A program made the position numbers and the translations under genes. 64,000 nucleotides of DNA from Trichoplax adhaerens (lineage: Eukaryota > Animalia > Placozoa), in NCBI RefSeq assembly GCF_000150275.1, contig NW_002060943.1, positions 5,104,008-5,168,007 of the forward strand, in the 5' to 3' direction. A model generated the notes under the pieces. That model had not been told where the DNA came from. It did no database searches and saw only the letters and a program-made list of their open reading frames with translations. Positions 28,331 through 41,001 of the stretch are shown here, piece by piece (the stretch's first letter is position 1; every line of letters starts with the position of its first letter).

Positions 28331-28823
28331 ATAATACAACTCTCATGCAAAGACTTTTCTTCTGATAAGTAATATTCCTTCTGTATTTTTGCATGATCAA
28401 GACCGCTAGCAAAAGCAAGCAAATGATCCATTTCAACGCCATTTTGTGCATGATGATACAACTCTCATGCATAGACTTTTCTTCTAATAAGTAATATTCC
28501 TTCTGTATTTTTGCATGATCATTTGCTAGCAAAAGCAAGCAAATGATCCATTTCAACGCTATTTTGTGCATGTTGATACAACTCTCATGCATAGACTTTT
28601 CTTCTAATAAGTAATATTCCTTCTGTATTTTTGCATGATCAAGATCGCTAGCAAAAGCAAGCAAATGATCCATTTCAACGCCATTTTGTGCATGATGATA
28701 CAACTCTCATGCTTAGACTTTTCTTCTAATAAGTAATATTCCTTCTGTATTTTTGCATGATCAAGACCGCTAGCAAAAGCAAGCAAATGATCCATTTCAA
28801 CGCCATTTTGTGCATGTTGATAC
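28331..28823. repeat. Minisatellite array C, 120-122 bp unit, 4 copies
   Basis: atacaactctcatgc at 28334, 28456, 28576 and 28698, with a partial copy at 28820. Confidence 0.95.
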
Positions 28824-28839
28824 CAACTGGTTTAGCTTA

Positions 28840-29020
28840 CCGTCCCGTGCTGGACCGGTACCAGGACACGGGCCAGGCCAGTCGAGTACACTCAGTACAC
28901 GGTACGAGACGGACGCCCGACAGTACAATACCGTACTGTACTGTAGTATAGACTCGACGCTATCCGCGCCATTGATCGTCAGTTGGCCACCGAGACCGCT
29001 TGCAGTGGGCCCAAATTAAT
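28840..29020. promoter_or_regulatory. GC-enriched island with ACAGT/ACTGT cluster, presumed promoter of the BAHD1-like gene
   Basis: cagtacaataccgtactgtactgtagta within a locally GC-rich stretch directly after array C. Confidence 0.45.
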
Positions 29021-31919
29021 CGCCATTGGATCCAGCAAAATCTCCTGCTGTTCATCATCCTATTACTTCCTCTTCAAGCTTGCTTTGCACTATCCAAGAT
29101 TGATCGTCTATTTTAGCCGTCGTCATTATCCTTTTGATTGAGGAAAGAGTAAGACTAAAGCACTACAACAGTATACTGCTAGGCAAAAGAAACTCCAACA
29201 CGATCGACGGTGTGGAGATTGATTGATTCTCGCTTGCCGGCCAACAGAAAGAATTGCAATCCAACCGGTTCTTGGATCTATTGGAATATTGAAGACACAG
29301 ACAGGTTAGCAGAATCAATCTTTGCATCCATAGCAGCAGAATAGAATACAATCACTTGCGGTGAAAGCAAACAGTAACAACATAGTTGATACTAAATGGA
29401 CAACACAGGAGAAAAAAGTCAATTTGACTTGTCTGGACATGCCTAAAGTAGAGCGATGCAAAGGTTGTAGACGATTCTCGCCGTCATTGAAAATGCTCAT
29501 TTTTTTGTCGCTTTAGAAGAAAGAAATGATCTTTGTCTAGTGGCAAAACATTGAACTCAATGGCAAGACAAGCATTGATCATTCATCGATTCCAGTAAAA
29601 TAGGATGGAATTACCGCAGCGACAACAAGATGAAGACATCGAAAAGGTGATTTGGATGCACAGTTTCACGCCTTGTACATTCATTCTCTTGCACTTCCTT
29701 CTTGACAGTAGTTGCGCTCTTCTAGAGGTGTTAGTCGTTGAGTAATGTCTAGCCTACTTCGCTAACGCCTTTTATTCGCTACGATAGAGTACTGGCTAGT
29801 CTGGGCTTGAATAGTTTCGTAATGCGTCCTTCTATTGAGTCAAAATACACAGTAGAAAATGTCTCCAATCTCTACCGTTGAAAAATGCGTCTACCATCAT
29901 CAAAATGTCTATTGCATGCAGGACTTGTTCATTATACTAGCATGATAAAAGGACGCACACAGATTTTCTTTTACCACCATGGTCCAACTGCTGTCCTATT
30001 GCATAGAAACTTGAGACGTGTGGATATCATGGCAAGTGTCCATTTTGGACTTTTTCATGTGTCTCGTACCTTTACAACGGTTCAAAAGGCCCTCAACATA
30101 CCCCTACCGTCGACTTCAACATCAATATTCTATTCCAACGCAATCCTGATCGTCCAGTAATGCTATTGAATTTTAAACTTGCGTACAATCTAAATCATAT
30201 TCAATCGCGTAATAGTACAATCTACTTTACAAGCTTCCAATACTATACTATAATTATGATGAATGGTCAAAGAAACTATTTCGACATTCACCACGACTGT
30301 TGCATGTCTACTTGTCACTGTATTGATTGATTACATATTATAGGATTGGCCAAATTGGAGTTTTGACGACAACACATATATTCTACTCGTATCGCATTGA
30401 TTGCACACACTACTGCATCTTTTCAATCTGAATGGCAGCCGGCATGTGAAAAATGTTTCCAATCGCTGCCCCAAAATTACCTATACAAAAGTGTTGACTG
30501 TCTTTCAATAATAAATTTGTTGACAAAAGTGCTTTAAACTACGGTAATTGAATTGGCTTTTCTTTTTATACGCTATTCTAATTCTAATTATAATCAACTG
30601 GTGCAGAACAAGGTTAATTAATGAATGAATAATTTTTAGCAAAGCAGGACAATCATTACTTTCGAATTCGCCATCGATTCTCATTTTGATGACTCTTGAG
30701 TCGAGGGCTGACTGAATTATTTAGAACGAGATCATCATTGCTACAAGCCTACAACTGCCGTATATAGTCGTCAGTCCATTACTGCATTTGATACTTCTCC
30801 CTTATTTTTTAGCCACTCTTAAATAACACAAGGGTACGATTTTATCGTCTTGTGTATTTGAAATAATATTTTACATAGCCTTATGCTAAAGATCCACATG
30901 ATAAGTCTCGTCAAAACCCTCGCATTAGCGCTCTAAATCGTTCTAAACGAGCTAAGGATGTACGTAAAAGAAATGGACAGACTGATGATCATTCCATTTG
31001 ACAAAGAGTAAATGGAATGCGTTCGGATAACACCACCTCCAATTGCAATCAAAATTGTTTGTTTGATCTTGTTGTTGTGCTAGTAAAATGAAGTACAGTA
31101 TTAACAACCTACACTCTTTTTTGACACCATGCCATTGCTTACTGTTGAGGTTATATCGCTATGTTCATCTTGACGTGGACCCACGACGATAAAAAGAAAA
31201 ACAAGTTCTTCTACTTACTTTCGCTTTAGGAGTTCGTTTTAATACTATTATTCATCAACAATAACGAATTCGTAAAAGCATCCACCGATCGACTGTACTA
31301 GTCTTCTACAGGATAGAAATGGATCATAAGCTACAGTGAATCATTGCAATGGTGATGGGTACAGTAAATAGAATCTTTCAGTTACAAGTATCACATCCGT
31401 TGATAGGTATTACTCTTTTTACGGTAGCTTACAGCTCTACAATCAAATGCCCATGTTTGTTTATTCGTTGTAAACATAGATCAGTAATATTGGACTAAGA
31501 TTTATATATGACTATTTTATAGTTATTGAAAATGATCAGCTGCTTTATCCTTTCTCATATTTGTATGCTTACGCTTTGGTTCTACACAAACAGTTTAAAT
31601 ATTCTTGCTATTTTTATATCCGATCTTTTCACTACATTCATATTCTAGACTCTTACCCCTATCTTGGAATAGTAGAACAAATTCCTAATTTGGCCCATGA
31701 GCGCATAATGTAGTCATAATGTTATAAAGTTACTCGGATATAACCTTAGCTAGAGAATTCGAAGGTGCAAAGTCAATGTCATCTAAAACAAAATTTGATC
31801 ATCACTTGATACTAGCTATGACAACATTCAATACTTGCTGAGTAAGTAATTGCAATGAAGCTTCTTGAAAAATATAAAGTAGCAATTCGTTATTGATTTT
31901 GTATAAAAACTCATTTCCA

Positions 31920-32188
31920 TCATCGGTCTATCACTACTAGTGGCAAGTTATACAGACACAGATTACTGATTTAGATTGCACTTACTTTGAATAGAGACAG
32001 TATTTCTTTGTTACTCTAGTGAGAAACAGAGCTTCTATTCACAATATTTGCTAATTTCGATCATCAGTCTATCAGAACTAGTGGTAAGTTATACAGACAC
32101 AAATTACTGATTTAGATTGCACTTACTTTGAATAGAAACAATATTTCCTTGTTACTCTAGTGAGAAACAGAGCTCCCATTCACAATAT
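31920..32188. repeat. Tandem duplication, 141 bp period x 2
   Basis: tcatc(g/a)gtctatca..gttatacagacac..gatttagattgcacttactttgaatag..ctctagtgagaaacagagct..attcacaatat at 31920 and 32061. Confidence 0.9.
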
Positions 32189-33737
32189 ACAATAAGCTGC
32201 TAGCCACAACGCGAATGGCCTGATTTTATGCTTAGGGACAATCTATTGCCCATGTGAGATAGAAACTGATTTTGGTACTACCATACATTGTTGTACTGTA
32301 GCTATATCTAACGATTAAAAAAACGATTGCACCTTTATTCATTCGTTAGTCAATTTGGGAAACTACCGATTCATTAGCTATGTTGATATAGTACAAATAT
32401 ATATATATATATAGTTCTGTCTAGGTTGAAGGAATACGCCATATTCACAGACTGTGATATTGGAAGAAAATAATATGACTGTTCTTTAATATATCCATAA
32501 AATATTTTACTCATCTCGCCCTGTGTTATCGTTGAGAGATAAAATACGCTAAAGCGCTCCTGAGATTGATGACCATTAGAAATCCTAGAGAGATTCTAAT
32601 GTGAGCATTATCTATAAATTTAAAGCACCTATAGTTCTCAATCTAAGAAGTAGATTGAACTTCAAACGATGTGACGGAAAAAAATCATAGAAAGCATATA
32701 AAGTCTTCTAATTACCTACTCGAGTACAAATAATTACTAATCGTAACTATTGGAATTAAAAAAAAGCTGGAGTGACTATCCATGTGTTGTATTTATGGTT
32801 GTACTCCGTGTGAAAAATTCTAAGCAGTACCAACTGAAGCGGCCCATTTTTATTTAATTCTATCCACTGATAGTGGATCTCAAAGTCCACAATCCACATG
32901 AACGCCCATAGCGTAGATTTAACGGACGATGCCTTATATTATATTGAAAATAACGAAAATACGTTAAATTCCATATTAAGTATGAGATCCAAATTTTCAG
33001 TATTTAATCTGACATTGTTGCTATCTTTAAAATTCTTTAGAGTCCCAATATTGAATACCATAACGTATATAAATAATAATATTATTTACTGGCTCCCTTT
33101 CAAATAAGACATTTGCCAACAAGACCATTAGTTTCGTTGCTATACATGGTAAAGACATACGATTGTAGCACTTATTAAACTAAACTTGTCGTTAATTTTT
33201 TATCGATATGGAATGTTAAGTAAAGACTAGCCAAAGCAGCTGGATTACATCATTTTAAATTATGACATATATGCTTATAAATCATCACATAAATGGATAT
33301 TATAATATACAGTGCTGGATAAGGTCAAAATATTTGGAATATTCCGATGTTTGAACTGTATTGCGTAATAAATAAGAAGAACAGTATTTTTAGTTACGTT
33401 CTTTACACATTTTTACCTACACGATACTGTATAACCACTGCTGATAAAGTTGTAAATAGACTCGGTTATTGTATGAAAACGGTTTAAATCAGGTGAATGA
33501 CAATATTGCTACATTAGTAACAGACTCCATTTATCTTGTTATAGTGTAAGGCTTTTCCCAAATACAATAAGGAAGACAGTAATTTTTAATTATTATTTGT
33601 ACACATTGTACCTACTGCCCTGTATAAACGCTTCTAATGAAATTGTAAATAGATTCCGCTATTATACAAAAACTGCTTAAAAAAGGTAAATGACAAAATT
33701 ACGATATTATTAGCAGACTCCATTTATCTTTTTACAG

Positions 33738-36369
33738 GGTAGGCGTATTCCATCGCAAGATCTTACTATCCGAAAAGACTCCGATCCTTTATTAATACAT
33801 TCTTCACAAAGCATTAGATTAAAGAATAAAGAATGCTATAACCTTATATCATCCTACACAAAAGATACAAAATTAGAACAAACTAGCTATTCTGAAAAAG
33901 ATATGCAAGAACCGACGACAACTATAAGTGATGTAGCTGGACTTGAAAAAAGTTGTAACATTGATGCTTATGTAGGGCTAATACCGATAAATATCAATGC
34001 CGGTAGAAAATTCAAAATTCAATTCGAAAGAAATTCTGATACCGAAAATAAAACATTGTTAAAGCACCCATTGAAGGTGGATCAACGTGAAGGAATGTAT
34101 GTCAAATTACTTTCTACTAATCTGAATGGAGCTCCTTTTAAAGACTTGGAAAAATCTACTGATTACAAGCTTGAACTTGGATCAAATTATAGCACCACTA
34201 GTAGTTCTCGTTCTACTCATTGCACAGAATATAGCAACAGTCAAGATGACAATTACAGTGAAACCAGTAGCGCTATTAGTACTGAGAATAGTTTAAGTAA
34301 CAAAGAGTCAAGTAATCATAAGATAATGAAAGAGACTTCGAATGGTGCCAGCGTAGATACTTTACCGCCGCGAAAAGCTAGTGTTACTGCTCGTGCAATT
34401 GTTTCCGCTTTATCGACATCCGATAAGAAAAGACATGTAACAACAGAGGATAAGACTTCGTTTTCAGATCGTATAGCTAAGTTAGAAAATAAAAACGTTT
34501 CCGATAATAATATATTTCAAAGTAAACTACGACCAAAAAATCGATACAATAATGATGTAGTCGAAGATGATAAGAAAAAAACTAGCCAAGATCAGGCTGT
34601 AAAATCAGATACCTCTAAAGTAAATAAAAAATATAAATTCACAGATTGCGGACCAAAGCTATTTTCTCAAAGACAGCACTTACCTAAGAGAAGAGCGAAA
34701 AAGTTATCGCCCTCAAAAACAGGTGTTTCTAGTTTAATACAATCAAAACCGCGGTCTGATCAATTGGTATGGAAAAATACTATTAGTCAAGGTAAAAGCT
34801 CGAACGTTAAACGATCGAAGACAAATAAAACAACCTCTGTCACAACAACTAACACAGGTAGGAAATTTTAGGTATTTTTAATCACAATCTTTAATAATAA
34901 TTACATTCGAAGGGATAATTGATTTGGTATTGATGTTGATAACCTTATAAACAAACATGTTAATAACCATATTATTGTGATAGATAAAGAACGTTATTAC
35001 ATTACATTGATACTTTTAAATTAACTTTTATGTGTGTGCTAAATTGTTAATATTTATGATCAAAAGCTGAGCGGTTTGCTATTTATCCAATAGCTGATAA
35101 TGCTAATAACGGAGAAGCTAGTCATTCCCGTTATTCGAAGATAATGAAGAATAAGAATAAGGTAAGGCATTATTATGATAACACAAAAGTTCCTGTTTAA
35201 TCCGCAAATTTGCTTTATTAATATTTGCGTAATGACGGAACTCTGAGAGGTTAATATTTTGGGTATTAGGCAAGTAAGCGGTGTTGGATAGGAATTGGAA
35301 AACCAGTGACTATAGCTTCTCTGGTAAGTTTATTATTCTACAATAACTGGCAAGTCTTATTTTAAAGCAGAGTTTATAATTTGTAAAAAGATTTTTAAAC
35401 ACTACAGATGTTTAGACCATGGCTTGATAGGTTTTTAGAATAGAATAGCTCTGTAGTACGTTATTGTATAATACTGAGTAGTCAATTTACTGTATGATTG
35501 TGGTTGTCTGTAAATGTAAGTAAAATCATGAATTAAACTCTTTATTGGTTTTATTACTACCAGAACGGATCTCATTGTAAGCGATACTACACAAGCATGA
35601 GAAATTTAGAAGAAAACTTGGTAATTATTTCGCAATTACTAATATTAGAACTGGATATCAATCTATTATTTCTATTAATTAATTATAAATTAATTTTTTA
35701 GCTAATTTCTGTAAAAGATAACGTCTTGTTACAATCGGGGCCTCGTAAAATTGATTTACCGTATATTGGAAGAGTTTTATCAATCTGGGAGAATACTGGT
35801 AAATGCAAAGCTTGTCATTATATAGTTCTCTTGTCGATATTGTACTAAACTACTGTAGGTATTGATGAATTAATTTTGAATTTTCGGATTGCTATAGAGT
35901 CAGATGATATAATGATCACCGTATTATGGTACTACAGGCCAGAGCAGACAGAAATAGGAAGATTGAATGGTTATCATGGTGAAAAAGAGCTACTTTCTTC
36001 TAGACACCAAGATGACAATAGTGCAAACTGCATTATTGATAAGTGTTACGTCCTAACATTTTCTGAATATTGCAGGTGAATGAAGAAAAATTTTTTCGTT
36101 CCGTCGCGTGAGAAAAAGTGATATAGTACTGTTATGGCTTTAATACAATTTTTGAGTACTGGTTGTTCTTTGATTCTCGTAGATTTCATGCTAAGCGTCG
36201 TTTGTACAATGAAAATGAAATATTAAGGAAAGCCTGTGCACATTATTTCTTTCTTCATTCTGCAAGAAAAGGCATGTGTATGCCGAAGATTGATTGTGAC
36301 CCTGATCATGTATATTTTAGCCGACATGCATATGATTATATGACAGGAAAAGTCTTAAAGAAACTCTAA
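33738..36369 (+). CDS. BAHD1: BAH-domain chromatin reader, BAHD1-like (5' coding start unresolved; frame open from the acceptor at 33738, first in-exon ATG 33903)
   Basis: Large low-complexity Ser/Lys-rich exon, then a spliced C-terminal BAH domain ISVKDNVLLQSGPRKIDLPYIGRVLSIWENT-ESDDIMITVLWYYRPEQ...[30 protein letters not shown] that closely follows the BAHD1 BAH as I recall it. Stop TAA at 36367-36369. Confidence 0.8.
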
Positions 36370-36954
36370 ATGTATGCAGTGAATCTCAATATGTTACTTT
36401 CCAAGATTGATGATTTTGTTCGAGATTGAAATCTACATGCATTGTGACTAAATTATTACTTACTTAAATTACTCCGATCGATTACGTTTGATAAATTATT
36501 AGTCATAAATGACTTTATCTACACACTTTTGAATTAATTTGTATATCCTATCGTAAACTTGAAGCAAGGATTGGAAAAATGATATCAAATTTTATTGAAG
36601 TGCTTTAATTGTTTGTCATTCAAAACGACAATGCCTTAGGAGTTTCAATTTTAGTTCCTTGAGTACGTTGAATGACTATCATAAAAAGTTAGTTCTGCTA
36701 TAATTTTTTGTTCCAATTGATACATTCAGCTCGGAAATATTTTTATATAAGACTAACGGAAGAGGTGCGATCACCAATAGAGAACGCTTCACCAACGTTC
36801 CAATAAGAGATTTGCTTATATGATACACAGTTTACCAAGCATGCTTATTGCTGTTTATATAAAATAATGGTGTACATCTATAACAGCAGTAAGCCATTAT
36901 ACTTTACATACAATATTGACAGCCAAGAAACACTAAAACCATGAGTTATTTTCA

Positions 36955-39900
36955 TCATTCGGCTTCGTCAGAATTGCCCATATCATCTTCTGTATCACCC
37001 GTACTTGAATATTGATCAAGCAACTGATCTTCATCCTAAGAAGTAGATAATAAAACAATTACGACACCTTAACAGACGTACTAGCTATACAGTACAATGA
37101 AAAGCATAATTATGAACCTCAGATGATGATGACACTCCAATACTAAAATTTTCCGATTCGGTATCAGAGTCTAGAAGTGAAAGGAGATGATTAAAGTGCA
37201 TAGAGAGTGCATACGAAGTATTTTCACAATTCAAAATTTATAATCTAAATGAATTCTGATTTATACTGTACCTTCATAAATGTTTAATGGTGCGTACTGA
37301 TCTTGGACGGTCGAATCTTGTTGAGTCTCCAACTACAATATTAAAGTAACTATATAATGACTATCAAATTAACCAATTGAAACAGAGCAAATGCTAACCT
37401 GAGTAAGCATAACTTCCAAGCGTCCTTCTAGTTGGGCTAGCTTATTATAAGTCTGAACACGGCCTTCAATGAGAGTATATAAGGTTCCTAGCGTTTCCAT
37501 TAAGTTTGGCAACTACATTGTACAATTATCACGTTACCAAAGTAATTTTTAACGTTGAATTGCGAATAAGAATTACTGCATTACAAAATTTAGAAGATTC
37601 CATACCGTAATCAAATAGGAGCTATGAACGGTAAATGCAGTCTTTAGCCATAATGTAAGATTGCCACTTCTACGCGTCAGATATAAGTAATAAAACCATT
37701 TTAAGTTATATGACATTTGCTAATGCATTCAAACAAAATTTTACCTGTTTGGATTCGATTCAAAGCGCTTTATAACCTAACAAAAGAATGATAACATTTA
37801 ACCACTGTACGAAAAGCCTACGCATCTAATAGGACTAAAATCATGTTGCCTAATCTAATACCTCTTTTAAGAATGGCTGTATAAGAGTAATAGGAATTCT
37901 CTTAATAGTATTCCTTACAATTACTTCCTTATTATTTTGTAATACGCTCTAATATGAAATTAAATGTAGGAATCAAAAAATGCATCATATCCTAAAGCTA
38001 TTATCATTAAGTTATGAAGCAAATATCCCCAAATCGTATAATCTTTTTGCTAGTAACAACTTACATCCAAAAGGCGACTATCCTGACTATGAACAGCTTG
38101 AATAAGCATTTGCGATAGAGAGTCAGCCGTTGGAAGGCTGCTAGCGCTATTTTTAAGATAGTATTTAGCATTTTGAGAAAAACTTCTGATTACAATACTG
38201 AACAGCGTAATTAGCATCAAGATATATGTAATTACCTATTTATGCGTGAATGTGTTTTTGTCGCATCTAGTCTCTCTTGGAAAGTAACCTACGAGAAAAA
38301 CCAACTGATAAGCCACTTAAGAAATACGTTACAGAAACAATCAAAGAATAGCATACCTCATGAGCAGATTCTTTAGTTGTCTTCGATTTCTTATTTACTG
38401 AAACATTACTTAACTTCATATTAACTGGCCCTATAATTTTGGCATCTTTACTATTATTACCCTGAGCCTAAATATTTAATACAACGTCGTTTACTTAATT
38501 GCTTTACACATTTTATACTAGTAAGCAAATAATTTTTATTTATGTTGTAGTACCGATGTCACAGTACCAGCTTTATCTCTACTTAGCAATAGATTTTTGG
38601 AATTGTCGCGAATTAAGCAGCAATGTGTTTCGCATTTGGTTATATCCTATGGAAATTTTATAATTTAGATGTAATTTGTTAAATTTATTACTGGATTACT
38701 ATTAACATGTTATATACAATCGCTTGTTAGTTATCATACCAAATCTTCGTAATTCGGATTTATAAGTGATCCATATGATATTTTTAACAGCTGTTCCTCA
38801 AGTGCTTCATCACAAAATTGAGCATTAAATATTGGGACAGGTAGTGGAGTTGAGTTCTATTACCATAAATATTACAACAGACAGCGTTAATTTAATAACA
38901 ATTTTTTCCATGTAGATTAAAAACTTGTTGTCAAATACTATCAAATGTCTATTTTACTTTATCTGCAGGTGTTACAATTTGTATTGAAGACGTAGGTGAT
39001 ACAGGCTTTTTCCGTTTGCTCCTATAAAAAATGCATGTATCGCAACCAAGTTCACTATCAATTGTATTGATCATTTCAAATCAAATTTGAGAATATTATT
39101 TACAACTAACCCATTTAATGATATGTAATATATATGCAACTGGCCATCCCTACAAACTGCAGCTATGGAAAGCTAGTCAAAAAATCAAAAATTGAATAAA
39201 TTGTCATGAAATTTTTGTGCAAAACGATATTGAAAACAAAGTTCTACTCCACAATCACCTCTTTTAACAATTTACAATCTAGACCAACAGAGTAATTCGT
39301 TAAGGCTAGCGTAGCCAAGGGGCTATGAACGCTGCTTTTTTCCGTAGACATTTGCCTATTAAAAAAAATGTAAATTCAAGGAGGTTCTTAATGCAAGTAT
39401 CGAATCGATTGATAATAGCTAAATATATGATAAGTATTACTATAATCACAATTGATTGTATCTTAAGTCTGCATTTATTAACTAATCATGTTTATACCAA
39501 ACGTTTAGATATTTATCTCTTTCGGCACCAGATATAAAATATTCTGCATTAGAAGTTTTTTGAGATGGTAAGACTTTTAGGTATGCAACATCATTGATAT
39601 GACCAGTATATTTCTGCAATGAAAGCAATAACGTCAACGTTTACTTTTAAGATGAGTTAGCTTATTTGAAATAATGGATATTTAACTCTTTAAACAAATT
39701 TTCATTCGAGCTGCAGGCATGCTGTATTCTAAGGCGTACGATAAGGCTATGAAATACTCATAATCTCATGTATGACTGATGTTTTGAAAGAACTATACGA
39801 CACTGTCATACTGTATTAATTTTTAGATAGTTTTTAACGACGTAGATACTGAATATAGTAGATAGTATAAATTTGGTGTGATTACACATACCGTTAAAAT

Positions 39901-40799
39901 CTGTTGAGTTTCTACATTCCATACTTTAATAGATCTTGAAGCTAATATCAATTTAGTACCATCGCTGTTAGTGCACATCGCACTAATAGGTGATTTTTCA
40001 GCTTTCCATTGCCTGTCAGTACAGAAAAAATGACGATCAGCTATATGCAGATCAAGGCTATCAATAAATATGATAAAGCGTTAAAAAAAGATGTTGGCTA
40101 ACTTTTTTATTTCCGCAGTATTTGAATCCCAAATAATGACCAATCCATCTTCAGATGCAGAATATAGGACGTCTTCGCTACTCCAACATATACAGGTAAC
40201 TGCAGCATGATGTCCATTCTCCTACATCAACAACGGTCCAATTTAGAGATTACTTCATGTAATCCAATAATCTAAAATATGCAACAATATACCATATCAA
40301 GGCTACATACCATCTTGCTACAAACTTCTCCCTTGTTAACGTTTAGAATGGCTAAAGAGCCTGTAGGACTTCCACCAGCTAAGAGATTGGTTTTCGTCGC
40401 ATTTTGAGCACTTTTTTTGGATGTTTTGCTCTTCTTCCTAGGCGGTTGCTAATATTATAATAAAATACAAATTAAGCTCTAGCAAGTCAAGTAGCGTTAT
40501 TAAAGGAATAAAGAGAATGAAAAAGAAAGATAGCTGTTGTATGCATATCATCAGCTACGATTGATAGCAACATTTACTTTTGACGAATCATTAGGGTTGT
40601 TACAGGTAGGCGACCATGCTATGCACGTTATTCGGTTGGAGAGGAAGTCATGCGTTTGCAATAATTTACAATTTTTACTATTCCAGACAGCCAATTGACC
40701 ACTGGAAGACACCGATGCAAAATATTGGCCGTCACAGCTAAAGGCAGTTTTATAATCATCACTACCATTCGCCATTGCATCAATGGCAATTTCCGCCAT
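36955..40799 (-). CDS. WDR43: WD repeat-containing protein 43 (UTP5, SSU processome t-UTP), multi-exon
   Basis: N-terminal WD40 repeats (AFSCDGQYFASVSSSGQLAVW, GHHAAVTCICW). Utp12-type C-terminal domain LPTADSLSQMLIQAVHSQDSRLLD..IVRNTIKRIP..WLKTAFTVHSSYL..LGTLYTLIEGRVQTYNKLAQLEGRL, acidic tail, and stop TGA at 36957-36955. Confidence 0.9.
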
Positions 40800-41001
40800 C
40801 TTGTTCGTCTTGCACGTGAAGTTCAGATAAAAGTAAGGTGGTTTGGAACGCATGCGTGATGTGTTGTTATTGCCTTTGCTACCCGGCCAATGTGCCGCAA
40901 TGCAGCCGACCATGGATGATCTCTTTTTGCACAATACAACAGCATATGATATGGCTTTGATAGAAAGTAATGTCGCCCAAGCCGATGCTGACCCGGTTTG
41001 A

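Noticed and set aside
28209-28795. Repetitive minus-strand ORFs (164 aa and 63 aa)
   Set aside because: They are translations of array C, whose 120/122-bp units do not preserve the frame.
36955-40799. Intronic C/D snoRNAs in WDR43 (vertebrate WDR43 hosts some)
   Set aside because: No convincing C box/D box pair with a terminal stem was seen in these short introns by eye; a snoRNA scan would be needed to exclude them.
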